A DNA stretch of 62,524 nt, filler included, from Aduncisulcus paluster (GCA_024181965.1; 8 parts of 7 records of this genome joined end to end with filler, not necessarily neighbours in it), one strand, 5' to 3'. Counted from the whole stretch's first letter, positions 11,233 to 22,143 are shown. Notes: a model not told the origin generated them from the letters alone. Program-made: numbers and translations.

Positions 11233-11452
11233 AATATTGGCCAGATGGAACTCCAACAGTCCGAAAACCTTTATCAGTATCAGATTCTGAGCTTTCAATC
11301 ATGGAAATGCGTGTGGGTTCTTTACAGGTCTCTTCACCAAATTGGTAAGCGGATTTAAGAGAGCTGGATACTTTGGAGACCGTAGTACGGCAGAATGGGC
11401 AATTACATGCTCCAAATCCGAACATACTAGATGGAAATGAAAGTACTTGCAT
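11233..11452 (-). pseudogene. Possible frameshifted RING-H2 finger remnant
   Basis: CKYFHFHLVC in one frame is followed by ACNCPFCR in an adjacent frame, together resembling CxHxFHxxC...CPxCR. Confidence 0.3.
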
Positions 11453-11697
11453 TGAAAAAAAGTGTAATAATTATATAGAGCTTGTAAAACCGATAGTACT
11501 ACTTCCTGATGGAGAAGATACATGAGCTGACATAGAATTGTTTGTTTAATACCCTTAAGCGAGGAAAGGCAATCAAATCGTTCAAAGAATATTTCTGCTT
11601 TCAAAAACCTATCTTTCAAAGAGTTATTTTCAAAAAAATTATATACCATTTGTTTTTATTGATTTTTTTTTCATTGATTCTCCATTTTTGCAACATC

Positions 11698-11946
11698 AGA
11701 GATCACGTAGATGGGCATCTACCCTTCTATGTGGGCTTGGAAGAGGCCTGTGTATAAGAGAAGCGACTTGTGTATCGTCTTACAGCTGGAATTTAATCCA
11801 AAAGAAAGAACCAAAGAGCAAGGGTAGTCACCTAAGCTTTTAGTTCTTTCAGCCAAAAAACACCCAAAAATCTCGCAAATTAAACCCAATTTTACTGAAA
11901 CAATTTATCGTAAAATCCTAGTGTTTAAAAATTTAGCGAGAACCTG
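11698..11946 (+). mobile_element. Second, more truncated copy (B) of the same element, inverted relative to copy A and running into the gap
   Basis: Reverse complement of 10831..11078 with 4 substitutions and 1 indel over about 248 bp (manual alignment). Confidence 0.75.
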
Positions 11947-12046
11947 NNNNNNNNNNNNNNNNNNNNNNNNNNNNNNNNNNNNNNNNNNNNTTAATTAATT
12001 AANNNNNNNNNNNNNNNNNNNNNNNNNNNNNNNNNNNNNNNNNNNN
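11947..12046. other. Artificial contig linker N44-TTAATTAATTAA-N44 with stops in all six frames. Also at 20617-20716, 24263-24362, 27784-27883, 35864-35963, 47332-47431 and 57936-58035
   Basis: The identical 100-nt construct occurs seven times. Confidence 0.97.
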
Positions 12047-15000
12047 GACCCGTTATCAATAGACATTGAGAATGAAGAAGAAACTGTTGGACCAATCGGA
12101 ACCGTAAATCCTACCGGTTCTGGCCGGGAATCTTTCTCAAAAGGAGATATGGGTCTTCTTCCTAGCACTTCCCCTTACCGAGGCATGGAATGGCTTGGTG
12201 TAACCAACCAAGAATCATACCATGATTTCTTTGTCAAACGTCTATTCCAATCTGATCCCACCATTATCCATCCATTGATTCCTCTGCACTGTCCTCCTTC
12301 CGCTTCTCTTGATCCCTCTTTCTCAGCTTCTCTTGCCTCTTCAATGGCTACGCGTCTTCTTGCGCCCCATTCCCTCCTTCCTCTCTCTTTCCCTCTCTTA
12401 TCCTCACCTCAACCTGCAACGTTATTGTCATCATGGTTCAGTGGCTGTGTGTTAAGTGGAAGAAAGGGGAAGGATAAGCGTCAGAAGAGGATATCAAAGG
12501 AAAAGATATCCATGAGTGAACAATACGCTGTTCATGTGGCTAAGATTCTTTCAAAGACCATGAAATTGTGTGTGTTTGACGGTGATAATGTAGATATCGG
12601 AGTGGATGTGAATGGATCAGGTGCTTTGTGTCTTGATATTTCAATTGGAGCAGTCCTTGTTTCTAAATGGAAACGAAGGGCTTCAGATCGGAGAAGGGAA
12701 CGTTGGTTGACTGAATTTGAGGCCAATGTGTTGGACGAGGAAAGAGATCGACTCAAGAGATGGAAAGAAGACCCTTCGACCAATGACCGTCTTTCCATCC
12801 TGTCTCAGATATTATCTACTTTCCATCTTCAAAGTGAATCGAAGGAATCCCCAACATCACTCATGGATGAAGATTCATATGTGACTGAATTCAATGCTGC
12901 GTTGAGCACAATCTGGAGTATTGGTGTTGAGGATGTCGAAAGAAGTATAAGAAGTCAGAGGATAATCGAGATGGAGGATGCTGAAGAAAGGAGAATTAGA
13001 CGAGAAAGGAAGGAGGCAGAAGAGAAATCTGACAAAGAGAAGGGGAAGACGAGTGAATGTTCAAAAGATTCTGTAGATCATGTTGAATCTCATTGTTCAT
13101 CTTCTTATTGTTTCCCACATCTTTCTACCTCTTCTCTGTTCTCTCCTAACGCTTCTCTATTCGAGACATCTTCTCTTGACTGTGATACGGTTAAACTAAC
13201 CCCCATCGGTTCTATTCCTTCCTCTCTCTCTCCTTTCCCTTCCTCATCTCTCTCGGTAACATCCAATGGCACAGTCCAATCCACTCTCGGACTCCTAGCC
13301 CAATCCAAGATGCGCCGTGTCTCTCGAGAAGAAACTCTCCAGTCCACGGCGGCTGTGTGCATGTCGCTTTGTGCTTGCTTGTTGCGGTGTGTTTGTGGAG
13401 GATGGAAAGAGTGTGATATTGCTTGGAATGGAATTAGGCACGATGGTAGTGAAGACATTGGGTCTTCTCATGGCAATTTAAGTGATGCCACACGTGCTTT
13501 ATCTGGCGGTAGTGTGGGCCAATCAATGGTTTCAATGAGCGGTGCCTTCAGTGGAGACTTTGGTACAGGAAAAATCTTCATGGAAGGTGGCAATAGTGAC
13601 TCTCTCATTGGCTGTGGCATCAATGGAATTGGTTATGGAAGTATTACATCGTTATATTCTGGGTCCTTTGGAACAATGCCACATCAAATGAGTGCCGGAG
13701 CTTCTGTTCCTGTGGGTTCTTCTCCATTCGATGTGACATTCTCCTCCAAGACGCCAGCTTATCTCTCCCCTTCCCTCGTATTCCGAGATGCCTATGGCGA
13801 GTGTGTAGAAGAGATTGAAGGAAGGAGCGTCGATGGATGTGATGAGGTTCGTGATGTTATATTCGATGGTTTGAACAAAGCAATTGGTAAGATATTGGCT
13901 GTTCCTCAGGGAGTTGAACCCATTGGTGGATGTAAAGTTCTTGAGCAAAGAAGAGCAAAGAGAAGAAACGAACTGAGAACCCGTCTTGAGAGAGAACTTG
14001 CATCTAAATCTTTAGAGATTGAGTCCAAAGAAGGAACATCATTCACACTGAAGACATCTTCGGCTGGAATTTCATCCATCTCGGCATATAATCCATCATC
14101 TTCTACATCACGTGCCCATTCCCTCGTTCTTGCCTTACATCGTTCCCTGTTGCTTCGTTTGATCTCAATGGCAACCCCTCCACATCAACCTGCTTCATTC
14201 AAACCACTCTCAACATCGATTAACACTCTCTTACGTTCTCCCCTTTTCCTTGCTTCTCACTCCGCATCTTCTCTTGGAGCTTATCTTCCATTATTGCGCA
14301 AGTTATTCAGTAATTGGGATGCTGTCGATAAGAATCTCGAGGAATGTGCCACATCGATATGTCCAACGAATGAAACGAATCTTTTGGGTATGACTGTGGA
14401 TGATAAAGTTATTGAAGAAAGCGGTGGGAAGTTATTGAGTTCCAGCGACTCGAATCTTGCTGAACGTATGACTATGCTCCTTTTGTGTGGAGAAGGTGGG
14501 TTTTATGCCTCAGATTTCCATCATTGTATCTTGTTGATTTCTCGTGTATGTTCAAACATTGACGATATTATTTCCGCGGCAACAATTCGTGGAAGCGCGG
14601 CCACCATTCCTAATTCCGTTGAAGATGGCTCTATTATCATTGAGTGTGAGACTGAGAAGAAGAACCAATCCACTGAAGTTGTTGGGAAGGATAAAACAGA
14701 TGATTCTGACTTTGAGGAGGTTATTGTGGACATCTCCGTCAATGTGCAAACAAAGAGAGCGTATATTGTTCCTGCATCTTCTCCTGTCATTACGAATATT
14801 TCCACATCAAAAAGTATAAAGAGAAAGGAATCATCGGCCGTTTCTTCCGATTCGTATTCTCCAACTTCTCCAACGAAAGATGCTATGTCTCCTGTGTCTG
14901 CAAGTTCGGTCGAATCTCCTTCAACTGTTCCATCAGATAAAATTATCTCCCCAGATATCGCTTCTTCCTCTCCTTCTTCCTCAGCTTCTTCCTCAAAGAA

Positions 15001-16063
15001 ACTTCTTCCTCAATCTTCAAAGGATACTGCATCCGTATCTACTTTGACAACCTCTTACAACACTCAAATAATATCTTCCTCCACTCATACCTCAGTTGTA
15101 AATATCTGTTATCGTGACATTCGTGCTTGCATAGTCCTATGCCGTGCTTTGCTTCTTCGTGTCTCCTCTGGACGCTTGGCCCAATATTTCCCCGTGATCG
15201 CATCTTTACTTCAACGTGTCGGCAGTCTTTGTGAGATTTCAAACACTCGCTGTGATCAAATCAAAAAGGAATGGATTGACAAAAATTTCTCTGAAGGTCG
15301 CAAGAAGAGTGGAAAGCCTTCGATGAGACTTGAGTCCTTATCATCACCAAGCTCATCAAATGCTGCTGCCATGACTGTTTCTCATACTGCGATGCATCTT
15401 CTTTCCTCAACTCCCCCACCTTCTTCAATTTCTCAAGCCTTACCAATTATTCCTCCTCCTCCTCTCACTCTCCGTCATGCTTGTGTCTCTCTGTTTGAAT
15501 CCCTTTGTTTCTCTCCGATTCATGGATTTTCACATACCTATTCTTCCCTGAGTGACTCTCTGAAGCAACTCACCCTTGGCATCTCTTCAAAGAAGGAAAA
15601 GGAATACGCTTGGAGGAAATGGGAGGAAGAGTATGATTGTGCAAGAAGTGCAGAGACAGGTAATGGATTTGTTGGGAATGGAAGACACGCTGTCGATTGG
15701 AAGTCCAAGTCTGACGCAATCTGGGCCTCCCTCTGCAAGTACCTTTCATCTGATACTTCCTTGCGCGGTGATGGAATTCTGTTTGTCCCTGTTGGAGGTG
15801 TACTTTCCCTTTCTCGAGCTGTTGCAGCTGCTTGTCTCCTCGCACCATATAGGATGTGTAAATACCATTTATACCCAATTCACGGAGATGAAGACCAAGG
15901 AGAGACAGTCGGTCGGAGGGAAGTATGGTCCCGAAGCCTTGGAATAGGTCTTGGAGAAGTCATTACTGGCGATTTGGATGTCGGAGATGAGATTAATTAT
16001 GAAACTGCCGTTCTTATTGTTGAAGAAGATATTCTCAGAGATCTCGCTGAACAAGGTCATTAA
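12047..16063 (+). CDS. DOP1: Dopey/DOP1 family endosome-Golgi trafficking protein, C-terminal part (5' end lost in gap)
   Basis: ERMTMLLLCGEGGFYASDFHHCILLISRV and CIVLCRALLLRVSSGRLAQYFPVIASLLQRV match the two conserved Dopey C-terminal blocks. The frame is open from the gap edge. Confidence 0.65.
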   Translation, partial: DPLSIDIENEEETVGPIGTVNPTGSGRESFSKGDMGLLPSTSPYRGMEWLGVTNQESYHDFFVKRLFQSDPTIIHPLIPLHCPPSASLDPSFSASLASSMATRLLAPHSLLPLSFPLLSSPQPATLLSSWFSGCVLSGRKGKDKRQKRISKEKISMSEQYAVHVAKILSKTMKLCVFDGDNVDIGVDVNGSGALCLDISIGAVLVSKWKRRASDRRRERWLTEFEANVLDEERDRLKRWKEDPSTNDRLSILSQILSTFHLQSESKESPTSLMDEDSYVTEFNAALSTIWSIGVEDVERSIRSQRIIEMEDAEERRIRRERKEAEEKSDKEKGKTSECSKDSVDHVESHCSSSYCFPHLSTSSLFSPNASLFETSSLDCDTVKLTPIGSIPSSLSPFPSSSLSVTSNGTVQSTLGLLAQSKMRRVSREETLQSTAAVCMSLCACLLRCVCGGWKECDIAWNGIRHDGSEDIGSSHGNLSDATRALSGGSVGQSMVSMSGAFSGDFGTGKIFMEGGNSDSLIGCGINGIGYGSITSLYSGSFGTMPHQMSAGASVPVGSSPFDVTFSSKTPAYLSPSLVFRDAYGECVEEIEGRSVDGCDEVRDVIFDGLNKAIGKILAVPQGVEPIGGCKVLEQRRAKRRNELRTRLERELASKSLEIESKEGTSFTLKTSSAGISSISAYNPSSSTSRAHSLVLALHRSLLLRLISMATPPHQPASFKPLSTSINTLLRSPLFLASHSASSLGAYLPLLRKLFSNWDAVDKNLEECATSICPTNETNLLGMTVDDKVIEESGGKLLSSSDSNLAERMTMLLLCGEGGFYASDFHHCILLISRVCSNIDDIISAATIRGSAATIPNSVEDGSIIIECETEKKNQSTEVVGKDKTDDSDFEEVIVDISVNVQTKRAYIVPASSPVITNISTSKSIKRKESSAVSSDSYSPTSPTKDAMSPVSASSVESPSTVPSDKIISPDIASSSPSSSASSSKKLLPQSSKDTASVSTLTTSYNTQIISSSTHTSVVNICYRDIRACIVLCRALLLRVSSGRLAQYFPVIASLLQRVGSLCEISNTRCDQIKKEWIDKNFSEGRKKSGKPSMRLESLSSPSSSNAAAMTVSHTAMHLLSSTPPPSSISQALPIIPPPPLTLRHACVSLFESLCFSPIHGFSHTYSSLSDSLKQLTLGISSKKEKEYAWRKWEEEYDCARSAETGNGFVGNGRHAVDWKSKSDAIWASLCKYLSSDTSLRGDGILFVPVGGVLSLSRAVAAACLLAPYRMCKYHLYPIHGDEDQGETVGRREVWSRSLGIGLGEVITGDLDVGDEINYETAVLIVEEDILRDLAEQGH

Positions 16064-16516
16064 ATGATTTACAAAATCATTTTCCTTTTATTCACAATTT
16101 GTATGGCACAAAATTTGTGATGATTAAAAAGACTTGGATTCTCAAATATTAGAATCTAATATAACTCAGATTTCTTCCTGAGTTTTCCCAAGATTTCAAT
16201 GACTCTAATTCTGAGTTATAGTTGCTCACAAATAAGTAATGAATAATTACTAACGAAATAAAACATTTGAAAAGTTCAAAAATGAGATTCATGGTTCTGC
16301 CCAAACCGTTTGAGATTCTCAACGAATAATGGACAAATTTGGAACTACTATGTTAGTTATCATATTCTGAATCAAGAAATCAAGAATTTTTCAGTATTTC
16401 CATAAATAAATTTGGCCGAATATCTATACTTTCCAATGGAAAGCTTTCTATTGCGAGATATATTTATAATATCATATGGAAGAAAAAAATATAAAAAAAT
16501 ATCTATTCTGAATATT

Positions 16517-19500
16517 TCATTCAACATATGCAACAATATCCAAAATATCGATATCCCCCAAGGTTGATATCTTGACTGTTCCAACATTGTTGATATCTTC
16601 GCCTTCAAAAACACATCCAATCTCACACAGACCCCATGAATCCATATAATTACTGTACATTTCCGCGGATGTATCAAAACTCTCCTCACAAATCTCAGCG
16701 CTATCCTTGAGGCACGATGATAGGGTTGCATCAGTGGACTGGGCCAAAAGATCACATTCACTAGAATCTTCACCAATAAGACTGATACTCACTTCAACCC
16801 GTTCCCACTCGCCTTCCAGACCCAATCTAATGTCCATATGGTCGGAATCAGAGAGAGAATACGATTCATCCTCTTCCACTCCATCATATCCATACACACA
16901 GGTCGAAGTTCCATATACAAGGGCATGTGTGGCAACTGGAGTCAGAGGAGAGAACATGAAGCCAGAAACAACACTTTCTACACCAAAACTATCATCATTT
17001 TGACTATAAGCAGTACCTAGAGTTCGTACGCATTGCCCACCAATGTCCTGCAATCCTCCTAACCATTCTCCTCCAGAACGCTCAAACAGACGAACCTCTC
17101 CCTCCAAGCCATCATCAAGACCACTTAGCACTCCAACAGAAGCATCTCCACTCGAATTCACCCTGACATCGATCGATTGGATGTTCCACGACGAAGTGTC
17201 TGAAGAAGAAGCAGAGTTCCAACATTCACCCTCGTCAGAACCACTATTACACACTACTTCTTTCCCACTCCAATACGTTCCAGTGCCCCGTGTCCACATT
17301 ACACTCTGACCAGTTCCATCAGTCAGACCTTGAAGCCAAACAATGTTCACAAGCATGTCGACTCCAACGCGACTCTTCCAAGAAGNNNNNNNNNNNNNNN
17401 NNNNNGAAGCAGAGTTCCAACATTCACCCTCGTCAGAACCACTATTACACACTACTTCTTTCCCACTCCAATACGTTCCAGTGCCCCGTGTCCACATTAC
17501 ACTCTGACCAGTTCCATCAGTCAGACCTTGAAGCCAAACAATGTTCACAAGCATGTCGACTCCAACGCGACTCTTCCAAGAAGTGATATATTTCGAAGTT
17601 GTCATCAGTGAATGCGAGGATAAAGTGCAGATGTAAGCAAGAGAAGACACAAGGCACAGCGTGTGTGTAATGGTGTGGGAGATGGGGAGATCGGTCGGCA
17701 AAGCTCCGGGGACGCTTGAGTGGGTAACAATGTGGAGGGCAGAGGTCGTGGATGCCGATTCTGTCTCATTGACCCACTTACTCGTTGTGGGATCTCTTTG
17801 AGTGATTAGATAATGAGGAGCCGATGAGAGAGATATCTCGGACGATACATTCTCACCAGCGATAAAAATATCACTCGAATTGATTACTTCTGTAACAACA
17901 TCACTAACAGATACAGTTTCATCGAATCCAATGGAATCAGAGTCAGAAGAATGATTGTTCAGAACTAATACATAGTGTTGAATTTGAATCACATCAGAAT
18001 CACCTTCTTTGTCACTCACAGAGCTCATCACATGGACATTTCCCTGGATACATTCTATTTCTGGCCGATAATGATGGAAATCGGTGTCCGAGAATAGTGT
18101 GAGTGTGGTCCAATTTGTATCACTCATATCAGCCACATCAGTGACATTTGTTAATGTGTAGTGTGAATAAAATAAATTGATATTATCTTCTTCTCCAGCC
18201 GCTCCTCCTTCTTTTCTTCCGACAACAACAAATATTACCCCTCCACACGTAGAAACAGCACTGTACACAGGGTCAGAGGAAGAAAGATCAGATGGAATGG
18301 GAACAATTTCGAAAGATGGCTTCGAACTTGCTGATTTGGGGAGTTGAGAATGAGAAACAATGGAAAGTTCTAAATATGGAGTAGAAGAAGCAGAATCATA
18401 CATGATCATTGAGACAACATCTGAGAAGTTAACTTGAGTCTTTGAAACAGCAATTCTTTCATCATCAAGCGTTGATTTATCAAAAGACGAATACAAAGGA
18501 AGATATGTTGAAAATGGACTCATATAAATATCTGTAGCCGTAACATCGGACAGAACCGGTTTGACTTTGTTAACTTTCGGCTGCAATGGCGCATACGAAG
18601 CAAGAGTTTGCAGGGAAGATCCTTGAAACTCAGCCGAGTGAAAAGGGGACAACAAAGAACGATAGAGTGTTGCATAATGATAAGAGTTCGTAATGGGTTC
18701 TTTAAGTCGAATAACATATCTATAAATAGATGAGAGATCTTGAGAATCTGCGTCAAAAATAGAACTCAGCGAATCATCTTCAGAGTTCAAATATCCGACT
18801 TCTGAAACATCCACGGATTCATACCCATTTTTGTCTTGGATGGTTAACTGTGTGTTAATAACAAAAGAAGAACTCAGAGATTTGCTATTGTTTGAGAAAG
18901 AATCTAATAATAGTTCGGTTCCAAATAATTGTACAAACAAATCTCCAAATGTATTTGTAAATAACTCTAATTCAAGGCTTCCTGCAAGAGCGACAAACAC
19001 GAAAGCTCCACTCCTATCCAAAAAATAAGGAGAAGAGAAGTGCGCGAGAGAATTCGCAGAAGCAAAGAAGAAATGCGAATGAAGTAAAAGTGATGGAGAG
19101 GGGGTATATGTTTTAGAAAAAGCAGAAGAATCCATTTCAGCCTGTTGGAGCATCCTTCTGGCTGTTAATAAGGAGATATCCCTCTTCTTATTGATAGAAT
19201 AATGGTTATGCCATGAATTGCCATCATGGTGGCCAGTTAACGCTATATATTGATCTGAATTGAGATGAACATTGTATGTTGGATCTGATAGAAGAGAATC
19301 GTGTGTAATACTGACCCAGCCAAACTCATATTGCTCAGTGTCAGTAAGCTGAATAGAAGCTTCGTTAGAAAGTGTAATATTAGATGTTGAAGATACATCA
19401 ACCTTTTTTGTGCAAAATACTTGCCCATCTGTACCCTGAGAGATTGTAGAAATACTTCCTGAAACAATAGAAACGACACCGGTGTTTGCATTTTCCAATC

Positions 19501-19822
19501 CAAGTGTCTCAGTTGATAATTTAGCATTTGAATCCAATCCTGCAACCCCTTGAGGTATGTTGATATCACTTTTGAACAAATTTCTCGACGGATCTGTAGT
19601 TTTTCGCAAGTCTATGACATATAAGACACCAAGAGCAATTGCAGCAAATAAAATAAGTGTTAATATGATGAGATATGTGATAACAGAACATGATATGCAC
19701 CGTTGCTTTCGATATAAGAAGGATAGAGCATTTTCACGATATTCTGAGGAAGATGTTGAAGAGGTACTATTTGACTCCTCCTCAACTGAAGAATAGACAT
19801 TATTTTCAATATCTATTTCCAT
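16517..19822 (-). CDS. Type II single-pass membrane protein with a tail-fibre-like stalk and a beta-rich (propeller-like) ectodomain
   Basis: Probable start ATG at 19822 (MEIDIENN). One TM helix (VITYLIILTLILFAAIALGVLYVI), then GVAGLDSNAKL and GTDGQV motifs, then BNR-like beta strands. Contains an artefactual 178-bp duplication. Confidence 0.7.
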   Translation of the reverse strand: MEIDIENNVYSSVEEESNSTSSTSSSEYRENALSFLYRKQRCISCSVITYLIILTLILFAAIALGVLYVIDLRKTTDPSRNLFKSDINIPQGVAGLDSNAKLSTETLGLENANTGVVSIVSGSISTISQGTDGQVFCTKKVDVSSTSNITLSNEASIQLTDTEQYEFGWVSITHDSLLSDPTYNVHLNSDQYIALTGHHDGNSWHNHYSINKKRDISLLTARRMLQQAEMDSSAFSKTYTPSPSLLLHSHFFFASANSLAHFSSPYFLDRSGAFVFVALAGSLELELFTNTFGDLFVQLFGTELLLDSFSNNSKSLSSSFVINTQLTIQDKNGYESVDVSEVGYLNSEDDSLSSIFDADSQDLSSIYRYVIRLKEPITNSYHYATLYRSLLSPFHSAEFQGSSLQTLASYAPLQPKVNKVKPVLSDVTATDIYMSPFSTYLPLYSSFDKSTLDDERIAVSKTQVNFSDVVSMIMYDSASSTPYLELSIVSHSQLPKSASSKPSFEIVPIPSDLSSSDPVYSAVSTCGGVIFVVVGRKEGGAAGEEDNINLFYSHYTLTNVTDVADMSDTNWTTLTLFSDTDFHHYRPEIECIQGNVHVMSSVSDKEGDSDVIQIQHYVLVLNNHSSDSDSIGFDETVSVSDVVTEVINSSDIFIAGENVSSEISLSSAPHYLITQRDPTTSKWVNETESASTTSALHIVTHSSVPGALPTDLPISHTITHTLCLVSSLAYICTLSSHSLMTTSKYITSWKSRVGVDMLVNIVWLQGLTDGTGQSVMWTRGTGTYWSGKEVVCNSGSDEGECWNSAXXXXXXXXSWKSRVGVDMLVNIVWLQGLTDGTGQSVMWTRGTGTYWSGKEVVCNSGSDEGECWNSASSSDTSSWNIQSIDVRVNSSGDASVGVLSGLDDGLEGEVRLFERSGGEWLGGLQDIGGQCVRTLGTAYSQNDDSFGVESVVSGFMFSPLTPVATHALVYGTSTCVYGYDGVEEDESYSLSDSDHMDIRLGLEGEWERVEVSISLIGEDSSECDLLAQSTDATLSSCLKDSAEICEESFDTSAEMYSNYMDSWGLCEIGCVFEGEDINNVGTVKISTLGDIDILDIVAYVE
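17208..17583. repeat. Identical direct duplication across a 20-N gap (17208-17385 = 17406-17583); assembly artefact
   Basis: Exact copies flank the gap. The same pattern occurs at the 20-N gaps starting at 31217, 39432, 41338, 42411, 44917 and 50341. Confidence 0.9.
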
Positions 19823-19890
19823 TAAATTTAATATTATGTTGGTTCTAAACAAAAGAAGCCATTTTTTACCTATTTGGCTACGAAAAAATA

Positions 19891-20616
19891 ATGGAATTGA
19901 ATAATGCCGTTATTCTGTTTATCATTGGTCTTTTCCCTGGATTTATCCTGATTATTTCAACAGCTTTTATTTATAAGAGGTTCCGATTCAATCGTTCTGC
20001 TTTAGCACTTGCTTCAAGTTTCTCTTCTCTAATTCTTTCCATTATTTCCTTAATTTTTTTCTTTAGTGTTGATTTCATTGAAATTTCAGATTTTCTTTCA
20101 GTTTTCGTCTTATCTACAGATCATCTTCTTTCTGTTGTTAAAGGGGTCACTTTAATGCTATGCCTTTACATAGGAACCATAATATCCCATATTGTTGGAA
20201 ATTCTTTACATCGAATGGCTAACGCTTATCCTTCTAGAGTTGAAACAATTAAGGCTCTTGTATTCGCCCCTATCGTTGAAGAATTGATGTTTAGAATTAT
20301 TCCTTTCCTCACACTTCCTGCTAAAGATTTATCTACGTTGTGGAAAGTGGTGTTTGGAGGATCAATCATTTTCTCTCTTGGACATGCCCACCATGCCATA
20401 TCTCGGTTCAGAAATGGATATTCATTCATCGAAAACTTAATAGAAACACTCGGTCAAGTTGTTTATACATATTTATTCTCTCTTCTGTCATGGTCTTTCT
20501 TTTTATATTATAAATCAGGATTTTGTGCCATTGCTGTTCACTCATTCTGCAATTTCCTCGGCCTTCCCGATGTCATGGAGTCTTTTTCTTTAGTTTCATG
20601 GAGAAAATGGATTTCT
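19891..20616 (+). CDS. RCE1: CAAX prenyl protease 2 (Rce1, CPBP family), 3'-truncated by gap
   Basis: Catalytic motifs APIVEELMFR, FSLGHAHH and VHSFCNFLGLP; multiple TM helices. Confidence 0.9.
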
Positions 20617-20716
20617 NNNNNNNNNNNNNNNNNNNNNNNNNNNNNNNNNNNNNNNNNNNNTTAATTAATTAANNNNNNNNNNNNNNNNNNNNNNNNNNNN
20701 NNNNNNNNNNNNNNNN

Positions 20717-21496
20717 GAACCAAGTTGAGAAAGAAAAGGTTTCTCCAACATTCTGAAAAGTTTGTTTAAGGAAGGCATCGAGAGCGAGATTGGGAGGAGT
20801 TCCAATAAGAGTTCCAATGCCTCCAATGGAAGCTGAAAATGCGACACCTATGAGCATGGCAAGAGTGAACTTGTGAGTACGGTCCTTACCTAAGGATGAC
20901 TCGAGTTCATTAGCAATAGCAAGAACATTGGGCATCATAGACATAACTGTAGCAGTGTTACTAATCCACATTGACAAGAACCAGGTGACAGCCATCATTC
21001 CAAACAAAAGAAGACCGGGTTTACCCTTGGTCATCACAACAATTCTAAGGGCAATTCTAGTATGAAGATTCCAACGTTGCATAGCTAAAGCCATAATAAA
21101 TCCACCAAGGAAGGTGAAAATAGTACTTTTCATGTAATTACTTGCCACTTCTGATCCTTTTTGAATTCCAAAGAGCGGGAACAGAATAAGAGGGAAGAAA
21201 GAGGTAATAGCAAGGGGAAGAACCTCAAAAATCCACATAAACGCAATTAAAAGAACACATCCGGCACAGTATTGGATTGTGGGTTTTTCTTTATCCATGG
21301 GAATGGACCAGCAAATAATAGCACTCACAAGAGCGATAACCAATCCAACAATCTTGGAGGTTGGAAATCTCGGATCTTCAATACATTTTTTGTCTTTTTT
21401 CTTACCATCACCAACAATTTCTCCCTCAGACCACAACACAGATACGGATTCGATGGTGTGAACTTCTGGTTTCATTTCGATTGCTTTCTTAGCCAT
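20717..21496 (-). CDS. SLC13/DASS sodium:dicarboxylate or sulfate symporter, N-terminal half (truncated by gap)
   Basis: LPLAITSFFPLILFPLFG, FLGGFIMALAMQRWNLHTRIAL, SMWISNTAT (SNT motif) and ASIGGIGTLIGTPPN. Confidence 0.92.
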
Positions 21497-22029
21497 ATTT
21501 AATTGGACTATAAAGTAAAAAGGTAACGAAAATTAATCACAAAAATACTGATTTTTTTTCATTCCGAGTTTAAATTCGTTCTAATGAATTCCCAAGACTC
21601 GAACATCAGGTCATCATTACCAGAATAACCATAAATGAGGAAAATAAAGACTAAAATATTTCATTGTAATCTTCTTAACAATCCTAAGTATTTTAAATAT
21701 CCACCAATTTGCTTACTTCAGCTTGATTGAGTCACTTGCATGGGAAGACTCGCAATTTAAACAATTTCGATAAAATTTTTGTCGACATAATTTTGCGTGT
21801 TCATTGGAGAAGATCACAAAAAGGAAATTTTTGCCAGATATATTTGTCTGTGTAGCTTTGAACGAGTGCCCCGATTGGACAGGCTGTTTCTGGAGTGGGG
21901 GAAATGACTCTGACAAGGAAAACAAATTTACAAGGGAATATTTCTATTTGTACAACATAATAATTATCGATTATTGTATTTTCATGCGATATTTTACGGA
22001 TTTGAAGGATCTGAGGAGTCAATTCATGA

Positions 22030-22143
22030 CAGGGGTGTTCACTTTTACCCCTTGGAAAATGGCGTTTTTACCCCTAATTTTTACCCCTAAAAAACCATTT
22101 TTACCCCTAAATTTTCCCCAAGAGGTAAAAGTGAACACTCTTG
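22030..22143. mobile_element. 114-bp hAT-type MITE
   Basis: 26-bp TIRs CAGGGGTGTTCACTTTTACCCCTTGG / CCAAGAGGTAAAAGTGAACACTCTTG match at 23/26. A perfect 8-bp TSD ATTCATGA lies at 22022-22029 and 22144-22151. Internal TTTTACCCC repeats. Confidence 0.85.

Noticed and set aside
11991..12002. Recurrent TTAATTAATTAA motif between N runs, as a biological repeat or array
   Set aside because: Artificial six-frame-stop contig linker. The similar string in the intron at about 53080-53091 is just AT-rich sequence.
16160..16220. 11-bp inverted repeat TATAACTCAGA/TCTGAGTTATA between convergent genes
   Set aside because: No TSD or supporting structure; plausible by chance in AT-rich DNA.
17208..17583. 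Internal tandem domain duplications in several proteins (also near 31217, 39432, 42411, 44917, 50341)
   Set aside because: Copies are identical and always flank a 20-N gap, so they are overlapping contig ends.
22066..22112. TTAGGGG repeats as interstitial telomere or CRISPR-like array
   Set aside because: Only three 13-bp units, explained as subterminal repeats of the MITE; there are no unique spacers of CRISPR size.
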